From an uncultured bacterium (lineage in GTDB: Bacteria > Bacillota_I > Bacilli_A > Izemoplasmatales > Izemoplasmataceae): a stretch of 64,000 nucleotides of DNA. Below, piece after piece: positions 49,778-60,150 of this stretch; positions within the stretch are counted from its first letter, which is position 1; the number at the start of each line of letters is the position of its first letter. A model generated the notes under the pieces. That model saw nothing but the letters and a program-made list of their open reading frames with translations, did no database searches and was not told the DNA's origin. The stretch covers positions 21,935 through 85,934 of the forward strand of contig CBFCWG010000003.1 in NCBI GenBank assembly GCA_965601565.1, written 5' to 3'. The position numbers and the translations under genes were made by a program.

Positions 49778-49850
49778 TTATAATAACCATCTCCTTCTAC
49801 AAACAATTATAACATTTTAAATATACTCAGTAAAAAAACTCCTGTTTTTA

Positions 49851-50744
49851 CTATTTTAGCCCTAAAACAAAGGGTTTATCACCATTAATCCTATCTAACG
49901 AAACTTCTACATAACTCTTCTGCCATTCACCCAACTTACCTTTAGAATATTCTGCAATTGTACCAAGTAGTTTTAACTGCCTTAGTCTAAAAAATGGGTT
50001 CAAATCTTCGAGACATTTGATATTGGTTTCTCTTATAGTATTATAACCTTCAAGGAATATTTTCAACCTATTACGATTAAGCTTCATATCCATATTTTCA
50101 GGATTTCCACCCAATAAATAATAAAACATGTATACTGCAATATCGTACTGATAATATCCATACTCACAATCATCAAAATCAATAACTGTCAATTCATCAT
50201 TATATATAATATTTGAAAACAAATAATCACCATGAATCAAGAAGTAATCACTTTCGTTTGCAGTTCTTTCAATCTCTTTTATAGTTTCTACATACTCATA
50301 CTTATATTTCTCTTCTTGAAAGTTACTAAGAAAAAGTTCAATATCATTATGTTTCTTAAAATCTTTTCTATTATATATTGACTTAATATTAACTGAAGTA
50401 TCATGAATCTTTGCAAGATTAACACCTGCTTTATAAATTATACTATCTGTATGTTCACACTCTCTCCAGTTTGATCCCTCAATGTATTTAAATAATGTAA
50501 CAACCCTATCACCTTTTTTAAAGACACACTTCTCATCTACATAATATGGCTCAGTTACATTAACGTTATGAGAAACTTCTTCGATAAATCGTATTTCACT
50601 CATTACTTCCTCATAAGTTTTTTTTCCTTCTCTTGATACTCTTATAATTACTTTCTCATTATTCAATGTTCCTAAAAAAACTTCATTATGAAATCCATTT
50701 AGCTTTTCTAAGTTCCCAAAACCCATGTCAATTAATAACTTCAT
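49851..50744 (-). CDS. Aminoglycoside/choline kinase-like (APH family) phosphotransferase
   Basis: LIHGDYLFSNI and VIDFDD. Confidence 0.85.
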   Translation of the reverse strand: MKLLIDMGFGNLEKLNGFHNEVFLGTLNNEKVIIRVSREGKKTYEEVMSEIRFIEEVSHNVNVTEPYYVDEKCVFKKGDRVVTLFKYIEGSNWRECEHTDSIIYKAGVNLAKIHDTSVNIKSIYNRKDFKKHNDIELFLSNFQEEKYKYEYVETIKEIERTANESDYFLIHGDYLFSNIIYNDELTVIDFDDCEYGYYQYDIAVYMFYYLLGGNPENMDMKLNRNRLKIFLEGYNTIRETNIKCLEDLNPFFRLRQLKLLGTIAEYSKGKLGEWQKSYVEVSLDRINGDKPFVLGLK

Positions 50745-50874
50745 TACATCACCCTATTTCTTACTAATCAATAATCATCTTTTTAATTATAACATATCAG
50801 CAACATTGTTAAAAAGTTCCTTTCTAAAATTGTCTTCTTGATTTAAAATACACAAAATTAATAAGGAGGTTATT

Positions 50875-51282
50875 ATGACAAAAACATATGTTATGCTGAA
50901 ACCTGATTCGGTTGAAAGAGGGCTAGTTGGAAACATTATCTCAAGATTTGAATGCGAGGGATATCAAATCTCTGATATCAAAAAGTTTTCTTTAACCAAA
51001 GAAATCCTTGATAATCATTATAGCCATATTAGTGATAAGCCGTTTTATCCGGAAATAGTATCTTTCATGACTAGAGGTCCAGTTTTCGGGATGATTGTTG
51101 AAGGTGAAAATGTAGTTAAAGGTATTAGAGATATAATTGGACCAACTAATTATCAAGAGGCTCATCCAAACACTATAAGAGGTAAATACGCAACTAGTAT
51201 TGGTGAAAATTTAGTTCATGCTTCTGATTCAAACGAATCAGCAATGACTGAGATTAAAAGATTTTTTGGTTTTTCAATATAA
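50875..51282 (+). CDS. ndk: Nucleoside diphosphate kinase
   Basis: TYVMLKPD.V.RGLVG, TIRG, NLVHASDS. Confidence 0.97.
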   Translation: MTKTYVMLKPDSVERGLVGNIISRFECEGYQISDIKKFSLTKEILDNHYSHISDKPFYPEIVSFMTRGPVFGMIVEGENVVKGIRDIIGPTNYQEAHPNTIRGKYATSIGENLVHASDSNESAMTEIKRFFGFSI

Positions 51283-51326
51283 AAACAACTTTCCAAAGAA
51301 AGTTGTTTTTTTAACTTAATAATCAA

Positions 51327-51992
51327 TCATACAAGTGTATACATATATAGTAATACGATAACAACTGCTATATCAGCAACAATATGTACTAACCATGAAT
51401 TTAAGAAACTCTTTCCAAACTTATTGATGTAGGCAAGTAAAACTCCAATAATAAATAGTCCAACTAGTGTAAAGATTACAGTATAGATTGGGAAGATTGT
51501 TACAAAGATAATAACATGGTAAATACTCCATAATAAACTAGAAATTATTATTGCCAGTTTATAACTTTTCTTTTCAAGAGTATAAAAAATATAACCTCTA
51601 AAGAAAAACTCTTCTACTAATGAATTAATAAATGATAAATAGAATCCCCATATTAATACATTATCTGGTCTTATACCAAGTTCTTCTCCACCACGAATAA
51701 CATATTCAGCATCAAACATAAACTGAAGCATTAAATATCCACCAATCGTACCAACAAAGATAACAATACTAACTAGTAAAGGTATTTTCAGTTCTTTTAG
51801 TGTCGGTTTCTCTAATTTTATTTCTTTTCGTAAGTTAGATTTTCTTAAGACATAAATTCCGAATAAAGGAATAACTACAAATAATGTGATTCTTAATACT
51901 TGCTTAGGAATATAAGTGAATTCAAGAACTTGTTCTAATACAATTAATGCAACTATAGATAACAAACTGTAGATAATAATATTCTTATTCAT
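51327..51992 (-). CDS. CPBP family intramembrane protease
   Basis: EEFFFRGY, W..YH, LVHIVAD. Likely start 51992 (ORF track 52058). Confidence 0.85.
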   Translation of the reverse strand: MNKNIIIYSLLSIVALIVLEQVLEFTYIPKQVLRITLFVVIPLFGIYVLRKSNLRKEIKLEKPTLKELKIPLLVSIVIFVGTIGGYLMLQFMFDAEYVIRGGEELGIRPDNVLIWGFYLSFINSLVEEFFFRGYIFYTLEKKSYKLAIIISSLLWSIYHVIIFVTIFPIYTVIFTLVGLFIIGVLLAYINKFGKSFLNSWLVHIVADIAVVIVLLYMYTLV

Positions 51993-52446
51993 TATTATCA
52001 CCAAAATACTTTTCAAATTCATTTTTTGCATCACTTTTAGAATATGTAAAATATACACGATAATTTTCTTGATCTAATATTCTTAAATGCCTAGATATTT
52101 TATGTTGTTGCAATCTAAATCCTTCTTTGGTTATCAAAGTCTTCCACCACGATTCTCCACCTAATGTTTTTAATTGTCTTCTTGGTGGTTTTTGAATCGC
52201 TATAGTTTGAATAATATCAATAACTTCATCACCAAAGATAGATTTTACTAATTCATGTTCATTAAATATTGATGTAAAAGTTACTGCTTCTGGCCATTTT
52301 AACAAGTTGCGTTCTTTCTCTATTTGAATTAACGTTTTTTTACTTAATCCAATTGTTAATGCCATCTCTTCTAAAGTCATTCCAATATCTTTTCTTAAAT
52401 CTTCTAAAATACTCTGTACTTTTTTACAGAACTCCATTTTATTCAT
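51985..52446 (-). CDS. XRE family HTH regulator
   Basis: LRKDIGMTLEEMALTIGLSKKTLIQIEKER. Confidence 0.85.
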   Translation of the reverse strand: MNKMEFCKKVQSILEDLRKDIGMTLEEMALTIGLSKKTLIQIEKERNLLKWPEAVTFTSIFNEHELVKSIFGDEVIDIIQTIAIQKPPRRQLKTLGGESWWKTLITKEGFRLQQHKISRHLRILDQENYRVYFTYSKSDAKNEFEKYFGDNNE

Positions 52447-52478
52447 ATAATCAGCTCCTAAATACGATAATTTGCAAA

Positions 52479-52531
52479 AGTGTATTTTTACACTATAGTG
52501 TAATTTTACACTGAATATTTAATCTTGTCAA
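52479..52531 (-). promoter_or_regulatory. Promoter with tandem palindromic operators
   Basis: TTGACA (52526-52531), 17 bp, TAAAAT (52503-52508); AGTGTAnnnnTACACT at 52479-52494 and 52497-52512. Confidence 0.7.
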
Positions 52532-52579
52532 GTAAGTTATTTGTATAACTGAACATAATAAAAAAAAGCCCATAGGGCT

Positions 52580-53602
52580 TTAATTATTATTTAGGAACTC
52601 TAGTTGGATTTTTATGTTTTCTTTATACCCCTCATTTTTATATATTCCCCAATGAGTTGTATCTATTTCACAAAGTGTTCCTTTTTCTCCTAATATTTTC
52701 ATCAATCTAATATGTGATGTGGGACTAATGATACCATCATGTTTACAAACTACTACAAGAGCGTTACATTCAATATATTCTGATGCAACTAGTAAATCTT
52801 CAGGATGAGGATTTACCGCAAATCTTCCTGGAACTTCATTTTTAAATCTTTTAGAGTGTTTAGCTAAATCTTCGATACCTTCAAATGTACCAGGTAAATT
52901 TAAAAACGACGTTGTATTTGGTCTACCATAAGCTGGGTAGAAATGCGGTGATAAATTAAACCTAGATCTACCTTTGTCTCTTTGCGCATGCATAAACATC
53001 TTTAAAAAATGACCCATTCCAATTTTATCTATATAGTACTTGTTGTCTGCTTTATGGTCGTATCCTCCTGCTTGACAAATAACACCAGCGATTCTTTTAT
53101 CTTTTGAAGCTAATAATAAAGGCAGTGGTGCTCCCCCAGATGTTCCCCAGACAAATACTCGTTCAGGATTTATTTCTGTTCTGTTTCTTAAATAATTCAC
53201 ACCTGCCTGTGCATCTTCTACCTGCCATGGACCACAATAGTTTTGTCTTGGTTTTCCTTCGCTTTCACCAAAATATCGATAGTCAAAAGTTAATACAGCA
53301 TATCCATTCTCCACAAAGTCCAAGGCGAATTTCTCTACTGCGAAATCTTTTGTGCCACAAAAGCCATGGCACATGATTATTGATGGCAGATTAGTTTTCT
53401 CTTTGGGAAGATATAACCAACCTCTTACCTTTAATCCTTTTACATCATATTCGATATTCTCTCTACATTCAGGAATTATTTCTTCAATAATTTCCCTTTT
53501 TATTGGTTGTGGTTCAACTTCCAAAACTGGGAAAAATATTATTATAATTAAGTAAATTAAAATTGCACCCAATAATCCTAGAAATATATATAAAGCAATC
53601 AT
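52580..53602 (-). CDS. Membrane-anchored alpha/beta hydrolase
   Basis: CHGFCG, FDYRYFGESEG, GTSGG nucleophile elbow, D...H. Likely start 53602 (ORF track 53677). Confidence 0.85.
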   Translation of the reverse strand: MIALYIFLGLLGAILIYLIIIIFFPVLEVEPQPIKREIIEEIIPECRENIEYDVKGLKVRGWLYLPKEKTNLPSIIMCHGFCGTKDFAVEKFALDFVENGYAVLTFDYRYFGESEGKPRQNYCGPWQVEDAQAGVNYLRNRTEINPERVFVWGTSGGAPLPLLLASKDKRIAGVICQAGGYDHKADNKYYIDKIGMGHFLKMFMHAQRDKGRSRFNLSPHFYPAYGRPNTTSFLNLPGTFEGIEDLAKHSKRFKNEVPGRFAVNPHPEDLLVASEYIECNALVVVCKHDGIISPTSHIRLMKILGEKGTLCEIDTTHWGIYKNEGYKENIKIQLEFLNNN

Positions 53603-53731
53603 ATTAATTCCTCCTTTTTTATATTTTGTGATTATCTTGATGTCTATACTTGTATTATAGCATACAATAAATCTCATTACTTAGGTCAAAAAAAAGACCC
53701 AATTGGGTCTTAGTATTTTTATAACCAAAAT

Positions 53732-55336
53732 CTATGATGAGTATCTCTTTATTACTTCCTCAGCAGTCTTAATTCCATCAACAGCAGCAGACATAATACC
53801 ACCTGCATAACCTGGCCCTTCACCCATAGGGTATAGACCTTCTATGTTTGTTTGATGGTCTTGATTTCTTAGTATTTTCACTGGAGAAGATGATCTAGTT
53901 TCTGGACCTGTTAGGATTGCATCATTACTAGCGAAACCTTTTATTTTTCTATCAAACTGAACTAATGCTTCTTTTAAAGTATCCGTAAGATATCTTGGAT
54001 AGATATCTTGAATCTTAACAAACTCATATCCAGGTTTTATTGTTGGGATTACTGTTCCTATTTTAGTGGTGACTTTATCTTTCATAAAGTCACCAACAAG
54101 TTGAACAGGATTTTTATAATTACTTCCTGCCAACTCAAAAGCAAGTTTTTCAAATTCCTTTTGGAATGTTATTCCTGCTAAAGGATGATCACTAGGATAA
54201 TCTTCAGGAGTAACATTAACAAGTAGTGCAGCATTTGCATTATCACCATTTCTTTTTGAATAACTCATTCCGTTAGTAACTACAGTGTTTTCTTCACTCG
54301 CTGAGTTAACAACATATCCCCCAGGACACATACAGAATGTATAAGCTGATCTACCACTTTTTGAATGGAAGTGAAGTTTATACTCGGCAGCTCCTAGAGC
54401 TGAATGATTATGGAAATCACCATATTGTGCTTTATTAATTAATTCTTGTTTGTGTTCTATTCTTACACCTACCGAGAATGGTTTTTGTGTAATAGTTACA
54501 CCTTTATCCAATAAAACATTAAATGTATCTCTAGCAGAATGACCGATCCCTAGTAAACAAACATTCGTAAATATTTTTTCTTCTCCGTTAACGATTACTG
54601 ATAAAAGATTATTATCTTCAACTTCAAAATCTGTAACTTTGGCGTTAAATCTAATCTCTCCACCATTACTGATAATTTCTTGTCTAATATTTTTTAATAC
54701 TATTTTGAGAATATCAGTTCCAACGTGTGGCTTATTTACGTAAAGGATTTTAGGGTCTGCTCCTGCATTTATTAATTCCTTTAAGACGAATCTATTTCTT
54801 AGGTTTTTAACTGAAGTTGTTAATTTCCCATCAGAAAAGGTTCCTGCTCCACCCTCACCATATAAGATTGATGCATTTTCTTTAAACTCACCAGTCTTTA
54901 TGAAGTTGTTCCATTCTTTTGTTCTTTGAGTTACATCATATCCTCTTTCTAAAACGATTGGTGAATAACCTCTTCTAGATAGTAATAAAGCCGCAAATAT
55001 CCCTGAAGGTCCAAACCCAACAATAACTGGCTTATTTTTCAATTTTTCATTACCTTCAACAACATCTTTATATATAAGATCTGGAGTAGGTGATATGTTT
55101 TTATGTTGTTTTAAAAGAAATGATGTTTCATCTTTTATTTTTAAGTCTACTGTATAGACAAAATGAACATTGGATTTTCTTCTTGCATCAATTGCCTTCT
55201 TAAAGATTATTAACTCTATTAAGTGATTTGCCTTTATCTTATATTTTGAAATAACCAATTTTTTTAAATTAGCTAGTTCTGCCGAATGTTCAATTGCATC
55301 ATCCAAATTCAATTTTATGTTTGTAATTCTGATCAT
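53732..55336 (-). CDS. Uncharacterised FAD-dependent dehydrogenase
   Basis: VGFGPSG, GEGGAGTFSDGKL, PHVGTD, FCMCPGG, GPETRSSSP, GEGPGYAGGIMSAA. Confidence 0.88.
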   Translation of the reverse strand: MIRITNIKLNLDDAIEHSAELANLKKLVISKYKIKANHLIELIIFKKAIDARRKSNVHFVYTVDLKIKDETSFLLKQHKNISPTPDLIYKDVVEGNEKLKNKPVIVGFGPSGIFAALLLSRRGYSPIVLERGYDVTQRTKEWNNFIKTGEFKENASILYGEGGAGTFSDGKLTTSVKNLRNRFVLKELINAGADPKILYVNKPHVGTDILKIVLKNIRQEIISNGGEIRFNAKVTDFEVEDNNLLSVIVNGEEKIFTNVCLLGIGHSARDTFNVLLDKGVTITQKPFSVGVRIEHKQELINKAQYGDFHNHSALGAAEYKLHFHSKSGRSAYTFCMCPGGYVVNSASEENTVVTNGMSYSKRNGDNANAALLVNVTPEDYPSDHPLAGITFQKEFEKLAFELAGSNYKNPVQLVGDFMKDKVTTKIGTVIPTIKPGYEFVKIQDIYPRYLTDTLKEALVQFDRKIKGFASNDAILTGPETRSSSPVKILRNQDHQTNIEGLYPMGEGPGYAGGIMSAAVDGIKTAEEVIKRYSS

Positions 55337-55338
55337 TG

Positions 55339-56556
55339 TTATTCCTTACTTGCGTTTAGTCCAGCTAAATACCCACTCGACCAAGCCCATTGAAGATTAT
55401 ACCCACCACATCTACCATCGATATCCATTAGTTCACCTGTGAAATATAATCCTTTTATTTTTGTAGATTCCATAGTTTGATTGTTTATTTCTTCTGTTGA
55501 TACTCCACCTGCGGTTACTTGAGCATCATTAAATGATTTACTACCTTTTACTAAAAATCTCCAATCAAATAATAAATCTATAAGTTTATTTATTTGTTTT
55601 TCTGAGATGTCTTTTACCAATTTATTTTGTTTTTCTATTTTCGCTTCTTTTATAATTGGTGAAATGTATCTTTTATGAATTAAACCAACTAAGGAAAAAT
55701 CAATTGATTTATCTTTAGCATTAGATAATCTTTTTCTTACTTCATCTTTTGATAAAGCAGATACTAATGTTAATTTAATATATGCTTTTTCACCACGATT
55801 ATATATTTCCATTGCTTTTCTTGAAAGTTGTAAAATTGTTGGTCCACTGATTCCATAGTTACCAAAAAGAATGTCTCCTTCTTCTTTTTGAAGCACTTGA
55901 TTATTATATACTAACTCGACTTTTGTAGGCATTTTAATTCCTGCTAAATGATTCAGGTAAGGACTTTCTAACTTAAGTTTTACTAATGCAGGAAAAACTT
56001 TTGTTACTTTATGTCCTAAATCTTCTGCTAGTTGATAACCTGATCCATCACTACCTGATTTAGGCATTGCTCTTCCCCCTGTTGCTATAATAACTTTGTC
56101 TGTATCAAAACTTCTTCCGTCTTCTAAATATACAGAAAACGAACGGTTCATTCTAATTACACTAACTACCATAGCATCAGTAATTATTTCAACATTAAGG
56201 CGTTTAAGTTCATAAAGAAAAACATCAACAATACTTGAAGCTTGTTCAGATAATGGATAAGCTTTTCCTTCTTTTTCAACTTTAGGAACTATTCCTAGTT
56301 TACTAAAGTAATCCATTGCTCTACCTGGATTAAAAACACTTAATCCATAACTTACAAACTCTTGGTTATTATAATCAGTTACATTGGCAAATGTATTAGT
56401 ATAGTTACAACGTCCATTACCTGTAACTAATATTTTCTTACCAATTCTTTTATTTCTTTCAATGATAGTAACTTTAGCGCCATTACTTGCAGCTACACAG
56501 GCTGCGAGCATTCCACTAGCGCCACCACCAATAATTATGATGTTATTTCTTTTCAT
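55339..56556 (-). CDS. HI0933/BaiN family flavoprotein
   Basis: GGGASG, GKKILVTGNGRCN, AQVTAGGV, GGYNLQWAWSSG. Confidence 0.92.
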   Translation of the reverse strand: MKRNNIIIIGGGASGMLAACVAASNGAKVTIIERNKRIGKKILVTGNGRCNYTNTFANVTDYNNQEFVSYGLSVFNPGRAMDYFSKLGIVPKVEKEGKAYPLSEQASSIVDVFLYELKRLNVEIITDAMVVSVIRMNRSFSVYLEDGRSFDTDKVIIATGGRAMPKSGSDGSGYQLAEDLGHKVTKVFPALVKLKLESPYLNHLAGIKMPTKVELVYNNQVLQKEEGDILFGNYGISGPTILQLSRKAMEIYNRGEKAYIKLTLVSALSKDEVRKRLSNAKDKSIDFSLVGLIHKRYISPIIKEAKIEKQNKLVKDISEKQINKLIDLLFDWRFLVKGSKSFNDAQVTAGGVSTEEINNQTMESTKIKGLYFTGELMDIDGRCGGYNLQWAWSSGYLAGLNASKE

Positions 56557-56660
56557 GTTTCCACCTCAATTTGTTATACTACTAAACATTATAACACAAT
56601 AGAAAAGCACTATCGTAATGATAGTACTAAAATCTGTTTTTTTATTCTCTATTATGATAA

Positions 56661-57356
56661 TTATTTATGGTCTCTTAAGATACGATTTCTTTCTTCTAGT
56701 AAATATATGATACCATTAGAACCCTTTGTAATTTCTTTTATTTTGTTAAAATATTTATTCTTTGCATATTTCAAAGTTTCCTCTAGTTTTCCAATAATTG
56801 TTTTCTCAAGAGGTAAAACTTTTTTATGTGATACTGGATCACTATATTCTATTGCATCAATTATTTGCTTTAATATTTTAATTGGTTTAATTGTTTCTTC
56901 TTTGTTTTGTTCTAACACAAAGATAGTTTCTAAACATATATCTTTCATTTTAAATAAGTTATTCTCACCTTTATATTGCATCTTGATAGATTCATTTACA
57001 CCACCATAAATGATTTTCAAGACAATACCAGCGAGAAATACAATACCAACAAATGTAAAGTAAATTACTGAATAAGGCATCCATGTAATTGTCCCATTAG
57101 CAAATAAGAATGTTGCGATTATTTTTACTGTAAATACTAATAAGACAAGAAATGTCATATAAATATAAAATACACCGCTTTTAATATTCTTATTAAGTCG
57201 ATATTTCCAATAATACAATACAAGTGAAAGTTCAGCAAGTAAAGGACATAGTAGTATTTTACTACTGTTTGGTAAGTCTGAATAAAAAGTTAATGTAACT
57301 AATCCAACAACACCTAATAAAACGAGTGGAATAACAAAGATTTTTAGGAACTTCAT
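56661..57356 (-). CDS. Hypothetical membrane protein
   Basis: Four TM segments plus soluble C-terminus. Confidence 0.7.
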   Translation of the reverse strand: MKFLKIFVIPLVLLGVVGLVTLTFYSDLPNSSKILLCPLLAELSLVLYYWKYRLNKNIKSGVFYIYMTFLVLLVFTVKIIATFLFANGTITWMPYSVIYFTFVGIVFLAGIVLKIIYGGVNESIKMQYKGENNLFKMKDICLETIFVLEQNKEETIKPIKILKQIIDAIEYSDPVSHKKVLPLEKTIIGKLEETLKYAKNKYFNKIKEITKGSNGIIYLLEERNRILRDHK

Positions 57357-57530
57357 ATTATCACCATTTCCTCTCCTATCTTTTATTATATCAAATTAAT
57401 TATTTTTATACAGTTTTTGTCACAAATGCTCCCATTGCATTTAAACCCTTATCAAAGTACTCATCCCTACAATCACTATATCACCAATTTTTTTCCATTA
57501 ACAATTCACAAAATAAAAAATAATTTCAAT

Positions 57531-57556
57531 AGAAAAGAGATATCCGAAGATATCTC
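57531..57556 (-). terminator. Intrinsic terminator with UUCG tetraloop, downstream of the putative 6S RNA
   Basis: Minus strand GAGATATC-TTCG-GATATCTC-TTTTCT. Confidence 0.8.
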
Positions 57557-57564
57557 CATAAATT

Positions 57565-57710
57565 AGTACCCATATATTGTGCTGGAAAACACAACAGGAT
57601 ACTAAATCTACTCTAGGACCCGTAACAGGTTAGATAGCCTATGTGCTAAGACGGCAATCAAAGCACACTTTAAATCCTAGTGCTTTGTTATACTAACACA
57701 TGAATAACTT
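57565..57710 (-). ncRNA. ssrS: Probable 6S RNA (compact)
   Basis: Minus strand folds as a rod. AGTTATTCATGTGTT pairs with AATATATGGGTACT, CTAGGATTT with GGGTCCTAG, GTGTGCT with AGCACAT, around a central unpaired region. ATGTGTTAG and ACCTG..CGGGT recall Firmicute 6S RNAs (from memory). It has its own terminator. Confidence 0.55.
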
Positions 57711-57765
57711 AATTAAAAGAAGTTTATCATTAAAATGTTAAGTGAAACAAAAAAACTATCGTGAA

Positions 57766-58599
57766 TCAAAGTTCAGATTCAATAATAGTTTTTACTTTAT
57801 TTGACAGGTCTATCGAGTTAATTTCTTTATACTTTGAATACTCTAAAGGTTTATGAATTACAATAGTTATTCTTTTCACAAAAGGCCATTTTATTAGTCT
57901 GTAGTTATTAGCCTTTACTATTGATAATGGTACTAATGGAGCTTTACTCTTTAAAGCAACTTTAAATGCTCCGTGTTTAAACTCGTTTAGTTCTTCTGCT
58001 TTATATGATCTTGTTCCCTCAGGAAAAACAACCATTGAAGAACCATTTTTAACATGTTTTATAACTTGAATAATTGATTGAGCTCCTTTTCTAGAACTAG
58101 TACGATCAATCATTACACAACCAAGTGGTTCTGTCCATTTACCAATAAACGGTAAATCAGCAACCATCTGTTTAGCCAAAAAAGCAACAGGATAATCCTT
58201 TAATGCATACATTAAAACTGGGATATCCATCATTGAAGTATGGTTAGAGTATATCGAAAATCCTGGATTTTCCGGTAGATTTTCTTTTCCAACTACTTTG
58301 ATTCTTATGTTCATCGCATGGATTGGTACTCCCATAAATTGTTTGGCAATTAAATGCTTTAGTTTTGAGTTTATTGGTTTTCTTTTAGCAACAAAATGAT
58401 AAAATCCTTCTATGTATAAAGCAGCACTAATAATCATTACAGTAGTTCCTACCACTATACTTAAAATTATAACTAAAGGACTATTAATAATACTATCTAT
58501 TTTATAATCAAATAGATAGATTCCTAATCCTGATATTGTAATATTTATTAATAATAAAATAATCGTAAACATCTGTACACCTCTAATATATTTTTTCAT
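57766..58599 (-). CDS. plsC: 1-acyl-sn-glycerol-3-phosphate acyltransferase
   Basis: NHTSMMD (HX4D), FLAKQ, IDR, FPEGTRS. Confidence 0.9.
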   Translation of the reverse strand: MKKYIRGVQMFTIILLLINITISGLGIYLFDYKIDSIINSPLVIILSIVVGTTVMIISAALYIEGFYHFVAKRKPINSKLKHLIAKQFMGVPIHAMNIRIKVVGKENLPENPGFSIYSNHTSMMDIPVLMYALKDYPVAFLAKQMVADLPFIGKWTEPLGCVMIDRTSSRKGAQSIIQVIKHVKNGSSMVVFPEGTRSYKAEELNEFKHGAFKVALKSKAPLVPLSIVKANNYRLIKWPFVKRITIVIHKPLEYSKYKEINSIDLSNKVKTIIESEL

Positions 58600-58899
58600 A
58601 ATTTAATACTATTTCTATTTATCTTTTTTCACAATATTTTCTGGTTCATTCTTCCTTTTGGAGTTATTTCTTTCTCCTATTGTATTTAGTATTGGTAGAA
58701 AGCAGATTGATTGCTACATTAATTATACATTGTCCTCTATTTTAATACAATTCTAAATTCTATTACTCCCTTTATGTCATACTTATCTCTTTCTATATCA
58801 AAGAATAACACCTTAATATTATGTTTGAGTTACAAAATAATATCATTCGTGTTTAATATCTAGTATACTAAGGTATATACTATAAAAGGAGACTAATAA

Positions 58900-59265
58900 A
58901 TGAATAAAAAAAATACAGAAATAGGTAGTTGGATTATCCCATTAGTCCTTTTCTTCATAGTGCCAGAGGTAGGGACTTTCTTCATTGTAATAAAAGTTGT
59001 CTCTACAGTAATAAAAGGATTGAAGAAAGCTGAGTCAAACAACAACTCTCCATTCAATCAAGCAAGAGAGCAAAATGAAATAAAGCCACATAATATAAAC
59101 TTTTCTCATGATCACGGCAACTATGGAAACAATAGAAATAAAACAAAGACTAGTTCTTTTGACACAGAAATAAATGTTAGATGTCCGATTTGTAGCGCAA
59201 GTAACTTTACAAATAAACTTCCTACAACTTGTGAATATTGTGGTAGTCAAATTACAAAAAAATAA
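58900..59265 (+). CDS. Small membrane-anchored protein with C-terminal zinc ribbon
   Basis: One TM segment; CPIC...CEYCG. Confidence 0.7.
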   Translation: MNKKNTEIGSWIIPLVLFFIVPEVGTFFIVIKVVSTVIKGLKKAESNNNSPFNQAREQNEIKPHNINFSHDHGNYGNNRNKTKTSSFDTEINVRCPICSASNFTNKLPTTCEYCGSQITKK

Positions 59266-59370
59266 GATGAGAATTCTCATCTTTTTTTTGAACAATTATT
59301 TCAATTTTCACCTAATAAATTATGACAAAAATTATAAAGTTAATATTAGTTTCTATTATTAATACTTCTT

Positions 59371-59988
59371 TTATAAATCTTTTAGATGTCCTAGACTATT
59401 AAATACTTGTAACGTGTTTTGATTGTTCATTGAATGAGATAAAACAGATATTCCTCCTGCTTTTCCTTGTAGTAGTGTATCAGGGAGTTTCTCAGCTTCT
59501 AATCCAAGCCAAGACATAATCATATAACCTATCGCTAGACCATGAGAAACAATTACAATGTCTTTTTCAAGGTCTCTTAGATTTTGTTTTTGGAACTTTT
59601 CCATTCTTTGGAATAATTCTCGAAAAGTCTCAGCGTTTTTCCATAAAGGAGCATCTATACTCATTATTCCATTTGTTCGCTGTTTGTGTTTGTTAGACCA
59701 GTCTTTTGTTTTATTCGCAGCATCACCATTGTTGTACTCGCGGAGTTCCTGGTTTGTGATGATATTCACATTAAACTCTTTTTCAATTACTTCTGCGGTC
59801 ATATAAGCTCTTTTCAAATCGGAACTGATCAAATAAAAATCTTCTAAACCCATTTGTCTTAGTTCTTTAGCAACCAAATTTGCTTGTTCTTTTCCTAAAT
59901 CTGTAAGTGGAGTATCGGTCCATCCTCCAGTTAAATCATTAACATGATGTTCAGATTGACAGTGTTGTACAATAATTATTCTTTTCAT
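59371..59988 (-). CDS. Histidine phosphatase family protein
   Basis: QHCQS (RHG variant), D.PLT.LG, SSDLKRA, L.E, VSHG. Confidence 0.85.
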   Translation of the reverse strand: MKRIIIVQHCQSEHHVNDLTGGWTDTPLTDLGKEQANLVAKELRQMGLEDFYLISSDLKRAYMTAEVIEKEFNVNIITNQELREYNNGDAANKTKDWSNKHKQRTNGIMSIDAPLWKNAETFRELFQRMEKFQKQNLRDLEKDIVIVSHGLAIGYMIMSWLGLEAEKLPDTLLQGKAGGISVLSHSMNNQNTLQVFNSLGHLKDL

Positions 59989-60150
59989 ATAGAATCCTCC
60001 TTAGATGTATTTCTAAACAAGTATACCATAAATAGATTATAAAAAAACAAAAAGATGTTAATAAACACATGTATCACTTCGTGTCTACTAACATCCTATC
60101 AATTCCTGGTTGTATCACTTTTAGTTGCAACTTAATCAGTTGTACTAACA

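Noticed and set aside
58600-58800. Possible small gene upstream of plsC
   Set aside because: The only sizeable minus-strand frame lacks a start codon and is preceded by a stop
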